NCBI GenBank assembly: GCA_965208325.1
Contig: OZ242326.1
Location: 2,432,001-2,496,000 of the forward strand
Source: Candidatus Poribacteria bacterium
Lineage (GTDB): Bacteria; Poribacteria; WGA-4E; PCPOR2b
Direction: 5' to 3'
DNA length: 64,000 bases
This document shows, piece after piece, positions 58,216-64,000 of the stretch. The notes beneath the pieces were generated by a model. The model was not told the origin of the DNA. It saw nothing but the letters and a program-made list of their open reading frames with translations, and did not search any database. The first letter of the stretch is position 1; each line of letters opens with the position of its first letter. The position numbers were made by a program, and so were the translations under genes.

Positions 58216-60129
58216 ATGATAGAACGATTAAACAAAGCGCGATCCTCTCGTGCACTTCTCATCTCTTTGGCAATTCATCTTTGTCTACTCATCGCATGGA
58301 CAATTGTAATTTATCGCCAGCAGGAAGAAGATTTGAAGGACGCAGTTGCCGTAGAATTCGTCGATGAAGAAAACTTGCCAAAGCCGCGTCGAAAGGTGCT
58401 TAAACCCTTACCACGCCTTTTTGTCCCGCGTCAAGACCATGCACCGGTGCCAGACCAACCGCAAACCGTCAAGTTGCAGGCTACCCAACATCCTATTAAC
58501 GAAACCTTAAATCTATCAGATCGCGTTTTACAGCACAGCGCATCAGTCAATCAGAGCAACCCTCAAGACAGATTGCCCGATGTCATGACAGCAACGCAGC
58601 AACTCAATAGCCGCGAAGTCAGTATCCCTTCGGTTTCAACCCTCGCCCTACCTGATGATGGGGACGGCGTAAAAAGTTTCCGCCAGCGCGTTCAAGGAAA
58701 TGGCTCCGGCGGCCTTGATATGTTTGAATCGACAGGCACGGCAGATGTAGGTCCGATCGGAAGCCGCTCCGGCGGAGGCGGCATAGTACCAGACGAAAAT
58801 CCTTTCGCAGAAGCGCTGCGCGAAATCGCAGAGCATGTCATCAATACACGGCAAAAAGATAAGGTCAATGTCGTGTTTGTGCTTGACACCAGCGCAAGTA
58901 TGCGGGATAACATTCAGCAGGTTGCAGATCATCTCTTTGCTATGACGGACGCATACACCGACATAAACCTCGAATATCATCTTGGTATGCTAGAATTCAG
59001 TGTGAAACAGGGAGCACAGGTCGTAAAAACAAATCCGCTTTTGCCGGATGTAGCGATGCTGCGCCGCCGAATGAAGAACCTTCCGCTTAGCGGCGACGAA
59101 CGCGCGCTCGACGCATTGATGTCAACCTTGAGTTTTATTCAATTTCATGAAGACGCTGACAAACATTTGGTGTTGGTGACAGATGAACCTGCCACCACGA
59201 GTTTGCGAAAGGCCGGTGCAATCAAAGAGATGCGTGAGAAGGTGTTATACAATTACACATCACAAGACATTCACATTAACGTTCTGGGGCACACCGACTC
59301 ATTTCAACAACGCCTTGCGAAAGCAACGGACGGGCTCTGGCAAGAGATTCCGGGCGGAGTTACTCAACCCGGCGGTTTGCCGGCGTCACACCATTCCAAT
59401 GAAAAGCTACTCAGCAGTGTGCGAAAAATTGCAAAAGAGATTGCTCGAGGCGTTGTTGGTTCCAACCCTGAGGCACGTGCACAACCCTCTCCCCAAAGTG
59501 AGGATGGGTTCCCGGTGTTGCCGGATGCGCTGAAGTTCCAAGCGAATGCAAAGGGAACGCCGCCGACAAATGTTCCTGCAAAAAGGGCGGCGCCGAAAGC
59601 AAATCGCGCAAAGGTAGATATCGTTATTATGCTTGATTACAGTCGCAGTATGGGTGGAAAATCGGAAGCGGTTATGCTCGGCATTAGTGAATTTCTCGGC
59701 AAACTGGAACTCTGGCCGATTGACTATCGGATCGGATTGATTCGTTTTGCGGAAGCAAAGGACGCTATCAAATCAATTGATGGAACAGTTGTCACGCATA
59801 TGCCCATTAGCGAAGGGTTGATAAAAAGACTTACGAATCTTCCCTTCGGAGGCGATGAACATTTTATCGACGCCATCGTAGAGGGGTTACCCCAGATTCG
59901 CTTTCGTTCCGATGCGAGGCGCGCTCTTTTAGCTTTTACAGATGAACCCAGCACAGGTAACCATCCCCCAGAACATGCAATCGAAATCTGCCAATCCTTG
60001 GGCGTTCGGGCTTTCGTCATCGGCATCACCGATGAGGGCAGCGATTTTCAATCAATGCTAGCCCAAAAAACGCATGGCCTCGCCTTTCCAATGCCCAATG
60101 GCTTCTCGAAACCATATCCCTACCAATAA
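58216..60129 (+). CDS. Membrane-anchored protein with two vWA domains
   Basis: N-terminal TM (SLAIH), MIDAS motifs DTSAS and DYSRS, each followed by GDE and TDE. Confidence 0.85.
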   Translation: MIERLNKARSSRALLISLAIHLCLLIAWTIVIYRQQEEDLKDAVAVEFVDEENLPKPRRKVLKPLPRLFVPRQDHAPVPDQPQTVKLQATQHPINETLNLSDRVLQHSASVNQSNPQDRLPDVMTATQQLNSREVSIPSVSTLALPDDGDGVKSFRQRVQGNGSGGLDMFESTGTADVGPIGSRSGGGGIVPDENPFAEALREIAEHVINTRQKDKVNVVFVLDTSASMRDNIQQVADHLFAMTDAYTDINLEYHLGMLEFSVKQGAQVVKTNPLLPDVAMLRRRMKNLPLSGDERALDALMSTLSFIQFHEDADKHLVLVTDEPATTSLRKAGAIKEMREKVLYNYTSQDIHINVLGHTDSFQQRLAKATDGLWQEIPGGVTQPGGLPASHHSNEKLLSSVRKIAKEIARGVVGSNPEARAQPSPQSEDGFPVLPDALKFQANAKGTPPTNVPAKRAAPKANRAKVDIVIMLDYSRSMGGKSEAVMLGISEFLGKLELWPIDYRIGLIRFAEAKDAIKSIDGTVVTHMPISEGLIKRLTNLPFGGDEHFIDAIVEGLPQIRFRSDARRALLAFTDEPSTGNHPPEHAIEICQSLGVRAFVIGITDEGSDFQSMLAQKTHGLAFPMPNGFSKPYPYQ

Positions 60130-60579
60130 GCCTTCACAATCTTAACAAATCCATTTAATTTGACACCTTACCGTAAAAATGCGAGGGTTGCGAATACCGC
60201 GTTATTTTAGCCACGCTTACGTGATTAACGAATGACTACTACTCCCCAGAGGCATGCAAAAATTGCACAATTATGAAAAATTTGCACCATGAATTCAACT
60301 CTCATCGGCAATCGGAGGTCATGCATGAAAAACCAACTTCATACGTTAGGAGTATAAACAGGAGCCTACCCAATTGATACCGTGAAGGGCGCCCGTATCC
60401 ATCACGCATAGTGTTTGCCATTGGTAACGGTACGAAAAATAACGCCATTCCTAAAGCGCAAAACCATCCCCTTTGAACATGGAATGAAATTGACAATCCC
60501 CGAATTATGGTTATTGGCATAATTCTTGCGCATTCATGATTTTAAAGTCAGCGATCTTTAGCGGAAAAGGTGACCATAA

Positions 60580-61158
60580 ATGGCGCAGGAACTACAACGC
60601 AAGGGCATTCACCTGATTGGACTAATCGTCCCTATTGTCTATTCCTTCACCGAACAACGTACAATAATCGGCATTGTCGGCATTCTTACTCTCATTGCGC
60701 TGCTGATTGAGCTGTTGAAATGGCTGTCGCCGTCGTTTCTCGATTTATTCGTCCGGATATTTTCCCCAATGTTACGCCCTCAAGAACGAAAAGGAGGGAT
60801 TACCGGCGCGACATACTACCTTATTGGCTCGTTTGTTTGCGTATTTGTTTTCGATAAAACGCTTGCTATCGTTTGCATCTGTTTTCTCATTTTAGGGGAT
60901 TTGTTTGCAGCCATAATCGGCAAACAATGGGGACGAACGAAGCTTATTTCGCAAAAAAGCTTAGAGGGTAGTCTCGCGTGTTTCGCGGTGTGCGCATTGA
61001 TTGCACTATTGATGAAAATCCATCCGATTATTGCGCTCACTGGAGCTGCCGTGGCGACACTGATTGAACTCTTCCCGCTTGGATTGGATGATAATGTGGC
61101 AATGCCGTTAATCTCGGGCGTCGTGATGCACCTGATGATTAACAATTGGCAGTTTTAA
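60580..61158 (+). CDS. CTP-dependent DAG/polyprenol (phytol/dolichol) kinase family membrane protein
   Basis: RKGIH, GD..AA.IG..WGR, KSLEGS, DDN..P. Confidence 0.85.
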   Translation: MAQELQRKGIHLIGLIVPIVYSFTEQRTIIGIVGILTLIALLIELLKWLSPSFLDLFVRIFSPMLRPQERKGGITGATYYLIGSFVCVFVFDKTLAIVCICFLILGDLFAAIIGKQWGRTKLISQKSLEGSLACFAVCALIALLMKIHPIIALTGAAVATLIELFPLGLDDNVAMPLISGVVMHLMINNWQF

Positions 61159-61458
61159 ATTCCGCCCACACTTGTCCTCACTCCGCGCTTCGCTTCCTCC
61201 CCTGTTGCGTTTCCTCCGTTTTCCTCAACCGTTGACCGGACTCGCGCATTCACCGGCTTGGCAGAATACTAGCGAATGAATTCCCCAAACAACAAATGAA
61301 GCCGCCGATTCGGACCGGTTGGGATAATCCGTCCTACCATTTCGAAATTCTGTTTTCAATTACGGCTGTGCTATGTTAAAATGTAGCTGTTCATCTCCCG
61401 CAGGGAAATCCCAACCCAAGCTGCATACCCGCATTTTCGTGACGCCGCACTGTTCTTC

Positions 61459-62577
61459 ATGGCAAAAATCGATCTTGAACATATCACAAAACGCTTTGGC
61501 AACGTCGTTGCCGTCAATGATTTAACCGTCGAAATCCATGATGGGGAATTTTTCTTTTTACTGGGACCTTCCGGGTGCGGCAAGACAACAACACTTAGAG
61601 TAATTGCCGGACTGGATCGTTCGGATGAAGGCGCTATTTTCATTGATGGGAGACAGGTAAATCATCTGCAGCCAGCGGATCGAGACATCGCTTTTGTATT
61701 TCAATTTTACGCGCTTTATCCACACCTGACCGCCTATGATAACATCGCATTCCCGCTCAAAGCGGTAAATGTGCCCAAACCTGAAATTCAGAGCAGGGTA
61801 GGAGAGGTCGCATTGACCTTGCAAATTGAGCACCTTCTAAACCGGAAGCCGGGAAATTTGAGCGGCGGCGAAATGCAGCGAGTCGCACTTGGCAGAGCGA
61901 TGGTACGCCGTCCGAGAGCGTTTTTGATGGATGAACCCATGGCAAACCTTGATGCGAAGCTTCGGGTCGACACGCGTTCAGAACTCAAGCACCTACAGCG
62001 TGAAATCGGAACAACGACGGTCTTCGTCACTCACGATCAGGTCGAAGCCATGTCAATGGCAGATCGAATCGCCGTCATGCACGAGGGCGTGTTACAACAG
62101 CTTGGCGCTCCACAGGAAGTTTACAACCAGCCGAAAAGCCTGTTTGTCGCTGAATTCATGGGAAGCCCATCAATGAATTTGATTGATGGAGAGATTCAAT
62201 CGCAAGCCGGAGAATTTATCTTGCAATTAACACACACCGATATCGGATTACCGATATCCGGCAAACAGATGGCGCGAGTTCAACGTCAAGCCGCAAACAA
62301 CAAACTGGTTTTCGGTGTCCGTCCTGAACACATTGTTGTATCCAAAGAGCCAATCAATGGAAGAATTCAGGCATCGGTACATCTTGTAGAATCCCTAGGG
62401 TCAGCCAATATTGTTGATACTTTCCTCGGTGAGAATTCAGAAACGGGCAATTTGATAATATTTAGAGCACGCACTCATCCCGCATTTCAAGTAGAAACCG
62501 GACAATCTGTTTGGCTGGATTTTGACGAGCAACACACCCACCTATTCGACCGGTATACAGGAAAAGCTATCCGCTGA
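61459..62577 (+). CDS. Sugar ABC transporter ATP-binding subunit (MalK/UgpC family)
   Basis: GPSGCGKT, LSGGEMQR, FLMDEP, VTHDQVEA, C-terminal TOBE region. Confidence 0.95.
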   Translation: MAKIDLEHITKRFGNVVAVNDLTVEIHDGEFFFLLGPSGCGKTTTLRVIAGLDRSDEGAIFIDGRQVNHLQPADRDIAFVFQFYALYPHLTAYDNIAFPLKAVNVPKPEIQSRVGEVALTLQIEHLLNRKPGNLSGGEMQRVALGRAMVRRPRAFLMDEPMANLDAKLRVDTRSELKHLQREIGTTTVFVTHDQVEAMSMADRIAVMHEGVLQQLGAPQEVYNQPKSLFVAEFMGSPSMNLIDGEIQSQAGEFILQLTHTDIGLPISGKQMARVQRQAANNKLVFGVRPEHIVVSKEPINGRIQASVHLVESLGSANIVDTFLGENSETGNLIIFRARTHPAFQVETGQSVWLDFDEQHTHLFDRYTGKAIR

Positions 62578-62714
62578 TTGCCGCTAGGGTATTCGATAGG
62601 CGTGCATGAAAAATGCTCGTTACGATTGAATTTTAACGCTAAATTATTTCGTAGTAGCCGGGGCGTGTTAGAGGATTGCGGACAGATATGGGGGAAACAA
62701 AAGGGATACAAAAA

Positions 62715-63536
62715 ATGGAAAGAATTCCATGTTGTTTAGTAGCTGTGGATCTGGACGGAACGCTACTAAACGACGATTTCATTATTTCCGAGCGGAACTG
62801 TAGAGCACTTCGGGCTTTAACGGCGCAAGGAGTTATCGTGGTGCTTGTCTCAGGTAGGATGCACCAATCAATCTTGCCAATCAGTAATCAGATTGGGTTA
62901 GAGAATCCGATTATTTCATACAACGGCGGGATGGTTAAACATGCCACAACTGAAAAGGTTCTTCATCACAGCCCTATTCCTGCGAAAATTGCAACTGAAC
63001 TTGTTGAATATTGCGATACGCGGCGGTTGCATTTCAATTTTTGCTTAAACGATAGGTTGTATGTTAAAACGCGCAATCAGTGGAGTCAACTCTACGAGGA
63101 AAGAACGGGGGTGGCGGCTACGGTTCTTGGCAATATCCATCAATTGTACGGGGAAACCCCCACCAAGATGCAGGTAATAGATACACCAGAAAGAATTAAA
63201 CGCCTTCGGAATGAATTTGAAGAACGCTTTGGAGAACGTCTGTACGTTACACGAACACAAGTTGAATATATTGAGTTTATGAATCCTCATGTGTCAAAGG
63301 GACGGGCATTAAAAACACTTGCGGCTCAAATCAATGTCCCCATGAAACTCGTTGTTGCTATCGGCGATGGCTACAACGATGAAAGCATGATGAAGGCCGC
63401 GGGATTTCGTATTGCGATGGGCAATTCTGTGGACGAGATAAAAGCGTGCGCGGACTACATTACAGAAACTAATCAAAACGACGGCGTCGCGAAGGCGGTT
63501 GAACAACTCCTACTACCCGAGGCAGTTAGAACATAA
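62715..63536 (+). CDS. Cof-type HAD-IIB hydrolase
   Basis: DLDGTLL, SGR, SKGRAL, GDGYND..M. Confidence 0.92.
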   Translation: MERIPCCLVAVDLDGTLLNDDFIISERNCRALRALTAQGVIVVLVSGRMHQSILPISNQIGLENPIISYNGGMVKHATTEKVLHHSPIPAKIATELVEYCDTRRLHFNFCLNDRLYVKTRNQWSQLYEERTGVAATVLGNIHQLYGETPTKMQVIDTPERIKRLRNEFEERFGERLYVTRTQVEYIEFMNPHVSKGRALKTLAAQINVPMKLVVAIGDGYNDESMMKAAGFRIAMGNSVDEIKACADYITETNQNDGVAKAVEQLLLPEAVRT

Positions 63537-63552
63537 TTCAACTTGTCCATAC

Positions 63553-63828
63553 TCATGCTTGTAGAGGGCGGCGAACTTTTAAACTGGAGACCGGAATATT
63601 TGCAACGAGCGCCATCGACTGCCCCTCCCGTTGCATCTCCATCTCAATTCCGTCTTGTTCAAGTTCAAAATATCTTGACAATAGCGCTGTCATGTCCGTC
63701 TGCAAGGCTTGCATAAGTTGTTCATCAATGCCAATCCGATCTTGAACCAAGATTAATTGTAGGCGGCTCTTGGCAACATCTTTGCTTTTCTGGTTTCGAC
63801 GCAATAGTCTCACCAATTGCTTAAGCAT
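63553..63828 (-). CDS. minE: Cell division topological specificity factor MinE
   Basis: SKDVAKSRLQLILVQDR...ALVANIPV. Confidence 0.92.
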   Translation of the reverse strand: MLKQLVRLLRRNQKSKDVAKSRLQLILVQDRIGIDEQLMQALQTDMTALLSRYFELEQDGIEMEMQREGQSMALVANIPVSSLKVRRPLQA

Positions 63829-63848
63829 ACCTTATACCCCTTTTGAAC

Positions 63849-64000
63849 TCACTTGAACGAATTGAATTTGAACAAGTTTCCCAACCAACTACCGGGTTTA
63901 AACTCTGGAATCGGTATGTCTTCTCCGTCGATCCGCCGCGCAATGCGCCTGTAGGCTTGTCCGGCGGACGATTGGTGGTTGTAGGTCGTGGGTAATCCTC
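63849..64000 (-). CDS. minD: MinD, C-terminal fragment (gene runs off the window)
   Basis: Manual translation ...SSAGQAYRRIARRIDGEDIP...WLGNLFKF with amphipathic tail; directly upstream of minE. Confidence 0.85.
   Translation of the reverse strand, partial: GLPTTYNHQSSAGQAYRRIARRIDGEDIPIPEFKPGSWLGNLFKFNSFK

Noticed and set aside
60254..60290. TGCAAAAATTGCA-like palindromes as an operator
   Set aside because: Short, AT-rich, single locus, no supporting regulator
1..64000. tRNA or rRNA genes
   Set aside because: No cloverleaf with T-loop consensus or rRNA signature recognised by eye; a covariance-model scan would be needed to exclude them

Overview
Bacterial chromosomal window. The lineage is inferred to be Candidatus Poribacteria or a similar sponge symbiont, from the dockerin + FlgD/T9SS-like secreted protein, WD40, C-type lectin and PhyH genes, and GTAG REP-like repeats. 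1-17.6 kb: surface lipoproteins, then a large iron/haem-acquisition locus (porin, imelysin, di-haem oxidoreductase, Rieske protein, haem monooxygenase, TonB receptor, DUF4856) with four Fur-like boxes and a candidate structured sRNA. 18-30 kb: repeat-rich accessory DNA (two C-type lectins between ~200-bp direct repeats, TPP enzyme, DUF6602, an array of 22-aa-repeat exported proteins). 30-46 kb: mobile/defence island with an orphan terminase pair behind a promoter and terminator, an inactivated IS4, a helicase-less Type ISP/IIG R-M gene, and a 6.3-kb cassette (stand-alone SIR2, effector-less Avs2-like STAND ATPase, Nmad2) bracketed by a 96-bp duplication of the R-M gene's 3' end. DUF2806 and DUF932 genes follow. 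46.6-64 kb: mostly housekeeping (WD40, hisD, S55 peptidase pair, MDR, PhyH, vWA, ABC ATPase, Cof, minE/minD) plus a strongly degenerate full-length EF-Tu paralogue. No rRNA, tRNA or CRISPR array was recognised. All family calls come from motif recognition by eye, not database searches.
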